64,000 bases of DNA from Trypanosoma brucei (lineage: Eukaryota). The notes beneath the pieces were generated by a model. The model did no database searches and was not told the origin of the DNA. It saw only the letters and a program-made list of their open reading frames with translations. Position numbers and translations under genes: made by a program. The stretch lies in NCBI GenBank assembly GCA_000002445.1, contig CH464491.1, forward strand, positions 3,584,001 through 3,648,000, written 5' to 3'. This document shows positions 1 through 10,924 of this stretch, piece after piece. Every line of letters starts with the position of its first letter. The first letter of the stretch is position 1.

Positions 1-1562
1 ACGCCTTTCAGCATGCCGAGTTGTTCAGGGGGAATAGTTCGCGTCATCTCTTGTTGCTTTTCGTCGCTTGCCATCAGTGGCCAACGCACCAAGGGCCTAT
101 AACCGTCTACATCTTGCACGCCGAAGCGTACCTCACAGATGGACCCGCTGAATACATTTTTCACGGCATTGGTTTCGTCCAGGTGGCCACCAACGTAAAG
201 GCGATGAGGCCACGCATTGAAAAATATAGGATTTTCTTGCTGCACAATAGTTAGCTGGACCACGGTTCCATCGAATATGCAGTTCAACTTACTCTCCTCC
301 AGGCTCTGCACGTGGAGTACAAAGTGATGAAATGATGTGGTGCCACCTGGTGATTGGTTAAGTGCAACAGGAAGCAAACAATCTAGAACACGGTTCGTTC
401 CGTCTCGAATGTAAATGCAAATACCCTCGCTGACGTCTTCCCTCTGAACCCACGAGATCTCGAATAACTGACCAACATCTAGGCGTCCGTCGTCGATGTG
501 GATGAGTGTTGCCTTGGGTGCTGTCCACTCAGGATTCTTCTTGAACCAAAAGTCCACCTTGAAACTTTTGATGACGTCCTCAAACTTCGGTATACCAGGT
601 AGTGCAATAAACGATGATGCGCCGTCAAAAACGAAATACTGCATCTCATCGCCCCATCCGTTTCCCTTTAGGGGTCGGATGGGCTCCTGGTTGACATCAC
701 TTTCCAAATTTTCCAGCGCAATGAGCGTTGACTTTCGTTTCAAGCGGGCGCTCTGTTGGGAGCTCCTGCCGCCCTCCCTCAATCGTCTTAGTGATGTCGT
801 CGCACTGTCGAATCGACTATGCGCCGCTTGATAAGGAGATCTACACCCGAGACAAGACCCCTTAGTGCACGGAGGTATCAGTTCCCCACGGTGCGTTGCT
901 GTCAAAATAGTGAAACGTTCCGTGGCCTTTCCCCGAGGACCAAGAAGGAATTTGTGCTCCTTTACCAGCGCCTTCAAACTTCGCGTCAGTTTTGCGGACA
1001 GGCGTATTGTGGCCTTGGTATTCTTATCCCCATCAGCTAACTTTCGTACAACGTCCCGCGAATGAGGTTTGTTTACTTCATTTTCCAACTGCAGAAGGCG
1101 TTGCATCTGTTTTTCCTTGGCAATTCCATCGGCAACGATGTGCATGGCGTTCTCGGCGCTTCTTTCAACTGCTTTTTGAATAACCCGGAGAACTTTCTCA
1201 AGAAACTTCTCCGCATTCACACCACGATTAATTATTGTGACGTTCTCCCGAGATGCTACGCGCGAACTTACATCAGACATAAGTACTTCGAGCGTGTTCC
1301 ACTCCTCGCTCGAGCTGGACGCCCCTTCCTCCACGGAAGCATCCATGATACCGTCAAAGGGCATTAGGAAGAATGAGCCGGCGCTAGCATCTGTTGAGGT
1401 GTCCTGCCTTGCCTCCTTCACAGCCTCGGGCTCTGGAGGCGGTTGTCGGGTATCATAGTAAACCGCCGTTGGACCAGCGAACGTTGTCAGTTGGTACCGT
1501 TTGCCCTTATTTTCCACCTTGGTAGCCTCATCATCCTCTACTATAGCGAGAATGAGCACCAT
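1..1562 (-). CDS. 3'-truncated conserved hypothetical protein with a concanavalin A-like/LamG-type domain in its C-terminal half. The start codon is at 1562-1560 and the gene runs off the window.
   Basis: I reverse-complemented 1..1562 by hand and found one continuous frame with no stop. It begins MVLILAIVEDDEATKV. The region GDEMQYFVFDGASSFIALPGIPKFEDVIKSFKVDFWFKKNPEW ... ICEVRFG has the LamG/pentraxin-like beta-sandwich signature. On the plus strand there are only short overlapping ORFs. The upstream intergenic region (1563-1700) is purine-rich on the plus strand, which gives a pyrimidine tract on the minus strand. Confidence 0.7.
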   Translation of the reverse strand, partial: MVLILAIVEDDEATKVENKGKRYQLTTFAGPTAVYYDTRQPPPEPEAVKEARQDTSTDASAGSFFLMPFDGIMDASVEEGASSSSEEWNTLEVLMSDVSSRVASRENVTIINRGVNAEKFLEKVLRVIQKAVERSAENAMHIVADGIAKEKQMQRLLQLENEVNKPHSRDVVRKLADGDKNTKATIRLSAKLTRSLKALVKEHKFLLGPRGKATERFTILTATHRGELIPPCTKGSCLGCRSPYQAAHSRFDSATTSLRRLREGGRSSQQSARLKRKSTLIALENLESDVNQEPIRPLKGNGWGDEMQYFVFDGASSFIALPGIPKFEDVIKSFKVDFWFKKNPEWTAPKATLIHIDDGRLDVGQLFEISWVQREDVSEGICIYIRDGTNRVLDCLLPVALNQSPGGTTSFHHFVLHVQSLEESKLNCIFDGTVVQLTIVQQENPIFFNAWPHRLYVGGHLDETNAVKNVFSGSICEVRFGVQDVDGYRPLVRWPLMASDEKQQEMTRTIPPEQLGMLKG

Positions 1563-1907
1563 AACAGTTCTCTTACCCTACCTTACCTTCCTCTTCTGTC
1601 AACGAAACGGAAAAAGCAACAAGTGCGAAGGATGAGCGTCACCTGGCCTCGTGGGTACGCGCAGCTAAGGAACCAAGCCAAAGTTTTTGTTGTTTAGATA
1701 CTCGGACTTTTCTATACATGTATTAATACATGCACGTATCAACCCTTCTTCAGATATGAATAAGTACCGGCCCATTCTCTACAACCACTGTTGGGAGACG
1801 GAGACAACGAGCGGGGCCTTGATGGCTGTCACTTTCTTTCCCCTGCACCAAAGCTACGAGGGTACGAAAGTTACGCCCGATCACTCCGCAACATCGTCAT
1901 GCCGATC

Positions 1908-2927
1908 TCAACCCTTTACCCGCTTCTTCTTTTTCCTCATGGCCCTTCCATTCTGCTCAAGTGAATTCTGTATCATGCAGAAATAGTTTGAATCCATTCT
2001 TTCGTGAACTCGAAATTCTACTAATTGCTTATTCTCAAGCAAAAGGGCAACAATGAGTGGGGCCGCCTCCGGGGTTATAATATTAAAGTCCATATCTACC
2101 GATGTTAGGGTACTGCTTTTGCCAATCCCTAAGCAAAACTCTCGAACTGCCTCGTAAGAATGCCCAAATCGTGTATCGGCTACATCGATCGACTCAATAG
2201 AGCTACTTAACCCCAATGCCGTACCAATGTGTTTTATCCCCTCGGGACCAATAGCGTTACCTCGAAGGGAAAGGAAACGGATATTAGAGCCTCGCAAGGC
2301 GCCCTCGGCGAGAGCTTCAGCGCCCACACTTTCAATGCCACAGTGCTGCAGCGAAAGCTCCCCCAGTGTCCCATTCCATCGAAGGGCACTTGCAAGTGCT
2401 TTCGTTCCCACGTCACCCAGTGGATTGAAGTCTAGAACGCAGCGGCTAAGAGTCTCGCACTCCATGAGAAGTGTGCCAATATGTTTCACACCGTTTGCCC
2501 CAATTTGGCACCCAGGAACTTCAACGCACTGAACGCCAAAAGGGTTTTTACCCGCCATCGGTTTGTATGTGCGAATGAAGTTCACAACAACGAGAATGCC
2601 ATCATCACCTATTGAGCAGTGGTGCAACTGAATCACACGGAGGAATGGATACATAGGAAGAATATCCATGAAGAGGGCTCTCAGATCGCTATGAGAGATG
2701 TTGCCATGAACAAATAGTGGTACAAACGGGATATTTGGCTGGTCACCATCCCTCACGCGTTGATATTCCACTTTTACACGCTTACTGAAGGGCGCGATGA
2801 ACTCCCCAAGTACGGCACACTGTTCCAGAAGCCGCTTTAAGTCCACGTCGGCGTTCAGTTCCTGGGCCGGTGTCAATGTTGCGCCCTTCACAATCTCCTT
2901 CTGAGGAGGCGCATTTTTCCTACTCAT
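1908..2927 (-). CDS. leucine-rich repeat protein (ribonuclease-inhibitor-like LRR)
   Basis: 339-aa ATG ORF. It has repeated L-x-x-L-x-L-x-x-N/C-x-I/L units (LSLQHCGIESVGAEALAEGALRGSNIRFLSLRGNAIGPEGIKHIGTAL...). It lies in the same minus-strand array as its neighbours. Confidence 0.8.
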   Translation of the reverse strand: MSRKNAPPQKEIVKGATLTPAQELNADVDLKRLLEQCAVLGEFIAPFSKRVKVEYQRVRDGDQPNIPFVPLFVHGNISHSDLRALFMDILPMYPFLRVIQLHHCSIGDDGILVVVNFIRTYKPMAGKNPFGVQCVEVPGCQIGANGVKHIGTLLMECETLSRCVLDFNPLGDVGTKALASALRWNGTLGELSLQHCGIESVGAEALAEGALRGSNIRFLSLRGNAIGPEGIKHIGTALGLSSSIESIDVADTRFGHSYEAVREFCLGIGKSSTLTSVDMDFNIITPEAAPLIVALLLENKQLVEFRVHERMDSNYFCMIQNSLEQNGRAMRKKKKRVKG

Positions 2928-3257
2928 TGACTATTGTTGAAAAAGGAGTGTATTTGTACAACTGATCGTGGTCGCGCTGCACACCCGCGAGAAAGGAAGG
3001 TAAGGGCAACGTGGACATCCAACTTTTTCTGAAAGCAAAGAATTGCGTGAAGAGACACAACTGTTAGGTAACGAACGACACGGTCGGCCCACCCTAGGTG
3101 GCCATTTAAGAAAGAAACTTCGTCACAGAGGGGAGTGAAGAAAAGTATAGGCGGTCCTTGGAACGAGTGAACCATCTATAGTTCGTCTTTACATTGCAAT
3201 CAGCGTAAAAGGTACACGGGTCCTCTCTACAACTTATTTAACTGCTGCAGATGCGCT

Positions 3258-3848
3258 CTATTGCTCATATCCTGAGCTGAAAAACATCTGGCGGAATTCT
3301 AACAGATCGATTGTATCGTTCTCATCAGTTTCGAGGGAGGCAAGGACCTGCTCTGCCGCGACGACTTCATCATCACTTAGCTGAAGAGTTTTTTGCATGC
3401 CTGCAAGCAGCATTGGGATCGACTCACGGGGCATTCTTCCCTCACCGTTCATGTCATACTCATTTAAGACACTTCGAACGATATCATGATCTTCTTGGTC
3501 CGCAGGCAATGTTGTATCCATAACTTCAACGTCACATTGCCCACCCTCTGCGTGGCGGTCTAGAGTCCTGCATTCCCCTTCTTCCTCTATAAACCGCCCA
3601 TCCTTGTCAAAGGGTGCTGCTTGGCCGCAGAGAGCTGCAAAGAAATTGGCGCTGTACTTGTAAAGATCAGCCGGTCTATCCCTGAGGATTGCCTTGGTGT
3701 ACTGCTTCATAATTGTCCCCAACTCCGGGGGAACATTAACTTGTTCCACGCAAAAAATCGACTCCATGGCTGCCTTAACTAAAGCACTTCTTGGGCTTTG
3801 AAAATTAGATGGGAGTAACTGTAGTGAGGAATGAAACATACAACTCAT
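3258..3848 (-). CDS. RIIa (PKA regulatory-subunit dimerisation/docking)-domain protein with a C-terminal EF-hand-like loop. It is probably flagellar.
   Basis: The track ORF 3258..3878 starts on TTG, so I re-anchored to the first in-frame ATG at 3848. The segment PPELGTIMKQYTKAILRDRPADLYKYSANFFAAL fits the RIIa/DPY-30 helix pair. The C-terminal TDENDTIDLLEFRQMF resembles an EF loop. Confidence 0.6.
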   Translation of the reverse strand: MSCMFHSSLQLLPSNFQSPRSALVKAAMESIFCVEQVNVPPELGTIMKQYTKAILRDRPADLYKYSANFFAALCGQAAPFDKDGRFIEEEGECRTLDRHAEGGQCDVEVMDTTLPADQEDHDIVRSVLNEYDMNGEGRMPRESIPMLLAGMQKTLQLSDDEVVAAEQVLASLETDENDTIDLLEFRQMFFSSGYEQ

Positions 3849-4932
3849 GCGTACGTCCCGAAGTGCAATACCATTCAAAAATATGAGTCACGTCGGTAAA
3901 GAAAGTGAGAGAACAGATGACCTTCACCACAGCACTGTGATCGGCCTAATGACATACTAGTACCAGACAAATCATCGCTTTATGCTTTTGCGCGCACTGA
4001 ACGGCGACCGAAACTCGAATTTATACTTGACTTGTCCCCCCCTCAGAACAACCTTACCAAATATTAATGACCGCTCCCGCTTCCATCTATTTTATTTTTT
4101 ATTTTTTGCACACCATTCCCTCCTCCCCGACAGTCACATTACAGTGTTCCTGCGCGAAGCACCCAAGGATGCGATACAAGTGTACGTAGAATTCAGGATA
4201 CATTAATATCAACAAACGCCTTTCCTGGAGGGGAAGAGGGTGCACACATCTCGCGCGAGACTAGGAGACTACCCCCCGTTCGTTATTGTCGGACTACTGG
4301 GGCCACACAGAAAATCCAAAGGTAAACTGTCTGTGATTACGAATGGCGAGGCTAACAAACAAACAAGGGAGGCAGATACGAACCTGCACACAGTTTCCGC
4401 CATTCAGCAAGGCTCCTCGTAACATGTACGGGAGCTAGTTGAGTGGATAAAATGAGTGAGTTAGACCCCACTCCCCTTTTATTTAGTCACACTACGCGTG
4501 GGCCTGCAAAAATGACGTAAAACCAGTTACCGCCATGGGTGCACGTGCAGACAGAAAACACTGCAGGTGTACGGCATCCGAGTGTTTCGCGCCCCGTTGA
4601 GATGGATACTGTCCCGCAGATAGTTTATTCCACAAAACCCATAAAGTTCCAATCGCCTACATTCCCTAGTGAGCCCACCACATGTGAAACAGTGTAACAG
4701 GGCGTAATAAAGAAAGTCTTCAAGGGCGGTGCAGAATAGTGATTCAATTCGAGAAACTGCTTGATAACAGTATTGAAGAAGAGAATTACATATAACAGTG
4801 TAAACGGATGAGAATGCAGTGGGGTATCAAGGGTGTGAAAAACAAAGGCAAACAAAAACAGATAAGAAAGTTTTGAGAAATACGACCTCCAGGTTGTTAA
4901 CCTATGCCACGCAGAGCTGGTGAGCAGCGACA

Positions 4933-7197
4933 CTACTGGGAAAGGTGTGACAAAGTGGCTGCTTGATCTAACACAATTTGCTGTAGGCGTTCTTTGGATG
5001 AGAGGGCTTCTGACAGAGACGCTTGTGCCGCCTCCAACTCGGTCATGCACCTCTCCTTCGTGTCTCTCTCCCTCTGCAGCTGCTCCTGCACGGTTCGAAG
5101 TAAAGACTCCCTTTCTTGAAGGGCCACCTGGGCGGCTTTCACTTCTCCCTGAAGAGAGCTAAATTTTTCATCATGCTCGGATGACAACATTCCCCTTACA
5201 ACCAGGCGAGCGTTCGTATCTTCCAGCTCACGACATCGACGAGAATCTGCCTCGTATGCTGACTGCACGCCTGAAAAGTCGTGTTGTAGCGACTCGTACC
5301 GATGCTGAAGGAGCACACACTCGTTCTCTTTCAAAATGAGCTGCTTGCTAAGCTCAGCAAGGCTTTGTTGCAGCTCATCTGCGGCTCGATCTTTAGCCAA
5401 CGAAACTTGTTGCAATTCTTCGCAAGTTGTCTCTAGTTGAGCCACTCGGGACGTTGACTGCACGAGTTTCCGATGGAGTTGGTCGTTTTCATATTCGTAG
5501 GTCTGCAAATCGAGACAACTCTGTTGATCTCTGCGGTGGAGTTGACTAACTTGTTCCTGCAGGTATATAATGCTTTGCTCCTTAGAAGAAAGCGTTGCAC
5601 GCACTACCTCCAATTCGCGCTCTATCGTCCTCTGAGCATCACGCTGCGATTCAGCCTCCTTCACTGCATTTTGATAGGCCGAAAGAACTTCTTGCAACTC
5701 ACCGTCTTTCGCTTTGAGAGAATATGCAAGTTGAGTTTCATGCCGAAGAAGCCTTTGCTGCTCAGTGACGAGCTTCTCATTCTCGTTCGCTAATTGCCCG
5801 ACTTGTTGATTGCAGTAGTTTTTGTTTGCCACAAGTTGATCCATATCTCTTTGAAATTGCTGTAGTCGCTCCTCCATGCCCTTCTTCTCACGCTCGAAGC
5901 TAAAAGAGGATGCTATCAGCTGCTGTTTCTCATCTTCAACGTTTGCCAACCGAACATGTAGCTCTCGTTCTGACGCCGCGTACTGACTGCACTTTTGCTG
6001 CAGAGATCGCACCTGAAGGGACAGCTTTTCCGCGTCATCACTCAACAATCTCTTATGTTCAGCCTCCTCTTCTAGCCGTTTCTTTGTTACCTCAAGGATG
6101 GAAACGGTCTCTCCGTGGATAGCCGAAATGTCGTCTATACGGCCCCTCAAATCATCACATTCGGCGCACTTAATTTCCAGCATATGTGCCAAACTCTGCA
6201 CAGAATGGGTTGTAGGATCGTTCAACTGGTTGCACGAATCCACTTGACATTCTTTCGCAGCAAGAGGTACGACATCCGTTTGGACCGAAGAAGACACCTG
6301 AGGAAGAGTGTCAGTTTGTGTCTCCGTGTGGACCTTTTGACTACTCATTCCGCTACGTAAGTTAGCGAGCTCCCTGCGAAGCGACGACCTTTCGTCGGAC
6401 AAGACTTGAATGACTTCCTGAAGGCCTTTGATTTGTGCATTACTAACGGTATGTTCCTGCGATGCCACTTGCAGTGCTTCAGATGTCTCGTTTTTCCGCT
6501 CCTTAATAACAGCCTCTAATTTTCGGATTTTTGCCAGGAAATTGTTTTTCTCTATGAGTAAAGAACTTTTTTCTGATAGAGCGGTCGCAAGCTGGCTTTC
6601 AAGAGTTTTTGTTCGAGCAGCCATGTCTTCTCCATCAGCCAAGTGATTCTTCCGTCCTCTCAATTGTTCAGTTAGAAGGCGATTTTCCTTCTCCCGAAGT
6701 TGAAGTTTATCGTTATACTCTATGGTCATTACACGTAGTTCCTCTTTTCCCGCTGCGCGGACGGCGTTAACCTGTTGTTCTAGTCGTTCCACCTCATTGT
6801 GCAGGAAAGTAATTTGTGAAAGTAGATGAGCGGTATTACCGTCCGTTATGCTGTCCGGTTTTGTTTTTCCGTCCCCACTGCGTGATCTGAGATTCGAAAT
6901 TTCCTGTAAGCAAGCAGTGAGGTGTTTGTTCTTGTCGGCAAGTTGGTCCTCAAGTGCTGTAATGATAGCCGGGCTATCAACTTCCGGGGTTTCGTCAATA
7001 AGTTTCTGCCATGCCTTCTCGGGAAATGAGTTCAGACACTTGTTCAGTGTAACACGTTGCTGTCCAAAGCATAGGTCTGGCTTCGTAACGGACATGTGTA
7101 GATAATTTTTAAGCTGAGCAATCTCGACCTCTTGAGCTTCACATTCCACTCTCAAAGCCCGATTTTCGCTCAACACTACTTCATCGGTTGATGCCAT
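4933..7197 (-). CDS. large coiled-coil protein (hypothetical, 754 aa)
   Basis: Uninterrupted ATG ORF. It shows heptad-like E/Q/L/R-rich composition throughout, e.g. LEQQVNAVRAAGKEELRVMTIEYNDKLQLREKENRLLTEQLRGRK. Every plus-strand ORF across it is under 110 aa. Confidence 0.75.
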   Translation of the reverse strand: MASTDEVVLSENRALRVECEAQEVEIAQLKNYLHMSVTKPDLCFGQQRVTLNKCLNSFPEKAWQKLIDETPEVDSPAIITALEDQLADKNKHLTACLQEISNLRSRSGDGKTKPDSITDGNTAHLLSQITFLHNEVERLEQQVNAVRAAGKEELRVMTIEYNDKLQLREKENRLLTEQLRGRKNHLADGEDMAARTKTLESQLATALSEKSSLLIEKNNFLAKIRKLEAVIKERKNETSEALQVASQEHTVSNAQIKGLQEVIQVLSDERSSLRRELANLRSGMSSQKVHTETQTDTLPQVSSSVQTDVVPLAAKECQVDSCNQLNDPTTHSVQSLAHMLEIKCAECDDLRGRIDDISAIHGETVSILEVTKKRLEEEAEHKRLLSDDAEKLSLQVRSLQQKCSQYAASERELHVRLANVEDEKQQLIASSFSFEREKKGMEERLQQFQRDMDQLVANKNYCNQQVGQLANENEKLVTEQQRLLRHETQLAYSLKAKDGELQEVLSAYQNAVKEAESQRDAQRTIERELEVVRATLSSKEQSIIYLQEQVSQLHRRDQQSCLDLQTYEYENDQLHRKLVQSTSRVAQLETTCEELQQVSLAKDRAADELQQSLAELSKQLILKENECVLLQHRYESLQHDFSGVQSAYEADSRRCRELEDTNARLVVRGMLSSEHDEKFSSLQGEVKAAQVALQERESLLRTVQEQLQRERDTKERCMTELEAAQASLSEALSSKERLQQIVLDQAATLSHLSQ

Positions 7198-7401
7198 TCT
7201 ATAAAGCTATTCGCAACGCAAATTGACAAGTGGTTAGAAAAGTGGGTAAACAAGCGGCCATAGCAAAAGAAAAAGCGAATGGAGAAGTATAGCACCAAGT
7301 CAACCACCCCCGTGAAGTGGCGCGCATATTTATTCGATTGAGTCGAACGCACACTGAACGGGAAAGAGACAAAACAAGAGAAAAAATTTGCGTTAGCAGA
7401 G

Positions 7402-7959
7402 TCATCTTTCTTTGTTGAGAAACTCTGCCCGCTGTTTTGCGAACAACTCTTTCTCGAGTTTCTTAATACGCTTATTGTTATAACTCTCTGCCGCTACTAC
7501 CAGTACTGGCACTGTAATTAGGCCTAAACAACATCCACAAGCGAAAACAAGACCAACCTTCGCTGGGATGCGGTTCTTTGGGCTTCTAAAAGCGTACACG
7601 GCAGCAGCAAAACTTCCCACAATAATCCCCGCGTCCAATCCCCGTTGCATTGGTTCACAGGAAAGAAAGAATCGCCACTGCTGTGAAAGCGCTCTTCTCT
7701 TTGCATCCCCGACGTTGAGACCCTCCTGTTCTATTATGTACTGTTTGAGATCCTTGACTTCGGAATCAGGATAAAGCTTACCCCTGTCTCGCTCGTCCTG
7801 AATGGCTGACATCATTTCCAGTGTCTCCTTTTTAGCAACCTTGTACCGCCCACTTCTTATGAGGTCGTCGATATTGGTAGACTCATGCTCGGTTGCTACA
7901 CGGCCTTCCGAACTGATTTCATTTGGCTCTTGTTTCTGGGTGCTCTGAAGGTGACCCAT
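7402..7959 (-). CDS. small membrane protein with two C-terminal transmembrane helices (hypothetical)
   Basis: The track ORF starts on TTG at 8055. The in-frame ATGs are at 8040 and 7959. A pyrimidine tract followed by AG on the minus strand (revcomp of ~7985-8011) lies between them, so I favour 7959 (MGHLQSTQKQEP...). The C-terminus has two hydrophobic helices (GIIVGSFAAAVYAF and VGLVFACGCCLGLITVPVLVVAA) separated by a short basic loop. Confidence 0.55.
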   Translation of the reverse strand: MGHLQSTQKQEPNEISSEGRVATEHESTNIDDLIRSGRYKVAKKETLEMMSAIQDERDRGKLYPDSEVKDLKQYIIEQEGLNVGDAKRRALSQQWRFFLSCEPMQRGLDAGIIVGSFAAAVYAFRSPKNRIPAKVGLVFACGCCLGLITVPVLVVAAESYNNKRIKKLEKELFAKQRAEFLNKER

Positions 7960-8445
7960 AGTACTACGTGACAACGGTAAAAGAAAAAAGAGGAAGATAT
8001 TGCCAATCACAAGGAAGCATGCATCGTGGTGGTAGCACATAAACAACAGTAACAAAAGATGCGCGAGATACCTCTACTCTTAAGAACATAGTATATTCAT
8101 TCGCTGCATGCAGATACTCATCGCCCGCCATTACCTCCCAAAGCATAGTGAACGCATGCACAACATGAGCGGTATTAAACGGCGACGAAAGGGGTTCAAA
8201 TAGCCGCTGATGCTTGTACCAAAACAAACAAGCGTACAATAATGAAATAATGGGGGGAAAACAACCGACGGCATTTTCAATCGCTAAAAACCGTCACGTT
8301 ACAACACGGACTCTTCGTGCACGGTTGTGACAGCTAATATATTATGACATCAAGAGTGGCAGCAAAGATAAGGTAACAGCATCCCAATAAAGTGAGGGGA
8401 AAACGGGGTGATGATGCACCCGCACCGAATATCAAACAATTTACA

Positions 8446-8455
8446 GGGGGGGGGG
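8446..8455 (+). repeat. G10 homopolymer
   Basis: Read directly: acagggggggggggtgtaa. Confidence 0.95.
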
Positions 8456-10909
8456 TGTAATCCCATAGACTCGCATAATGGAAGACACGCTCTAACAAAT
8501 ATATTTCACGTACTGTTGTTACGATACACATGAGAAAAAAATTCGGGGTAGCAGTTCAGGGCAAGCAAAGAGTCGCACGGAATGAGAGAGAATGGGAAAG
8601 AGATATCCCTCGCTACGTATTGGCCGTGCCTTGGCAAACAGGGGCGATGTATCTTTGACAAAACCGGTGAATAGGGGTCCACATCTCATAATCGGCGAAA
8701 CAACGGCCGGGTGCTACAAAATATGAATCACCAGAACAACTATTTGGTCGACGCAACCACTTGTTTATCATACCTTTCGGAGCGGTACAGGAAAATGTTT
8801 CAAGCAGAAAACAGATCCCTTTTTACGCAGAGCAACATATTACTTGCCAAGTGACAAAACAACCACGGCACCACCACCTATTATAAACGATTGATGATTC
8901 ATTAAGCATGATAAACTAAAGTTTTTACTGGTGAAGAATCAATTAACCATTACGTTGCAGCATATGTCGCAAAGCACATAAATGCCCCCATTTACATAAA
9001 TTTCAGGAAAAAAAAACCAACCCTCTCTAGGAACAACCCCCGGTCGTCGAGCCGCCAGCAATTAAACTTATCGCAGGCGGCACCTTCATATTGGAAGGGA
9101 AGGAGACAAACTGATAACCGATAACAACATTACAGGTGTCTGACACAACCCACAAAAAGTAAGCAAACCGTGCGACACAACGATGACAGCACATCGAACA
9201 CAAAAAAGAAAAAAAATAAACACAATCAAAGAGAAGCAAAGGAAACACCGAAAAACATTTGGTGCTCACCAGAGGGGGTTGGTAGAAAAGTAAACAGCCC
9301 CCGAGGTAGCATTTCGCTATTGTCTGCTTAGTATTGAGATAATAACAGTCTTCTAGTAGTGGCTTGTAGGAATAATACGCGCGACGATTCTCTTTCAAAG
9401 TGTTGGCAAGCTAACTCGGTTCCAAAAGAGGACCGAAGGAGCGAATCAACAACGAGGGCAAATTACTTAGAGTATATCCATCTGTCCTGAATCCGACGGT
9501 AAGTCACACATATGCACTTTAAAAGGCTCCTCGAGTATCGGCAGGGGGCTCGGAACGCACTTGCTCTCAACGACCTAACCAATCAGAGACCACGAACTAA
9601 GAAAAAAAAAGGGTGCCACAATAATGTAAAAGAAGCAGATTTGCCAGACCGCTCATTGAGTCGAAAGATATTTGTACCGTTTGCCGTACAGATAGTTCAT
9701 CGGTATCCGACATACTCTTCCGGGATCGCAGCGCATGCATTGCCATCCATTGATAAATCGTAATCGATGCAATCGCCACTAACGGCCGCAATTAAGAGAA
9801 TCAGCTCTCCACTATCTAAACTCTTAAGAACATAACCAACACAGCGTAGACAGCTCCCTCACGGGGACACCGGACCCATATCGAGCATCAATTGACTCCC
9901 ACACACAACCCTATTCACTGTAGCCAACACAGGCATTCCCATATTGACGGACCGCTATGATCGAGTAACATTCTTAACGCCGAAACGGTGAGGCACAACC
10001 CACGAAAATATAAAACAACACCCCCTTAGGAATGAGCCAGCAGGCCTCCGGTGCGAGCGCACAAAAAACCCAACGGAACATCCCCCGAATAACCGGCCGA
10101 ACAGCGGCGTCAACCCGCGGCATCGGGGTCTCTCAACAAAACAAAGGACGCGCCAGCATTCTTCATTTGAGAACCGAGCCCTCCGATACCAAGAAATGGG
10201 AGGCGACCCATGGTCCACCGGGTGGGCACACCAGAGTCTGATCCTGCGATTGAAACCCCCGCCCCGCGTAAGGGATCTCCCCAAGAGGAAGCAAGCGATC
10301 CACAGCAAAGGACAGACTCCTCCAGCCCCACCCCCACACGAGGTGGAGTCGGTGTCCCCCTCCCTACTCCGAAGTAAGTGCAAGCACTCTTCACCGGGGG
10401 AAGAGGGCGGACAGCCGAATGTGGAGCCCTGCCACGGACTAGCCAACAGCACCGAAGGCTACATGACTAGTAGCGCATCTGCACGAGCGGCACCGCACCG
10501 GGTGTTAAAAACTGTAGACCGTATGGGTCGTGGGGGAAAGTGGCACCGCAGGGGCGTAGGGTCCCGTTTTTTCTTCTCGCATTGCGGTGTCAAGCCCTCC
10601 CCTCCATGTGCGCCGCGTTTCTGCAACTGTAGGACCCCCACTGGGCCCGCCGGCGCCACCGGTGCTCGCTATCGGTTGCTTGGTGTGTATGTGTCCTTTC
10701 CCAGTCTTCGCACTTTGGGGTGTTCACGTATGGTTCTGGCGGTGCCGGCTCCGCCGTGGCGGGAACGATCCGCTAGGCGGGCAACGGCGTTGTTGCAGTT
10801 TTGCTACTTGGGTGATGGCGGACCGTCTGTTTGTGTATGAGCGGAAGTTTTTACTCGCGCTAGCGCATTTGGCACACCGCCTTTGGGATGGTCAGAAGTT
10901 TTTGCACGC

Positions 10910-10924
10910 GGGGGGGGGGGGGGG
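10910..10924 (+). repeat. G15 homopolymer inside the GC-rich island of the strand-switch region
   Basis: Read directly: cacgcg then 15 g then atgcg. A C8 run follows at 11088-11095 (tagtcccccccctccc). Confidence 0.95.
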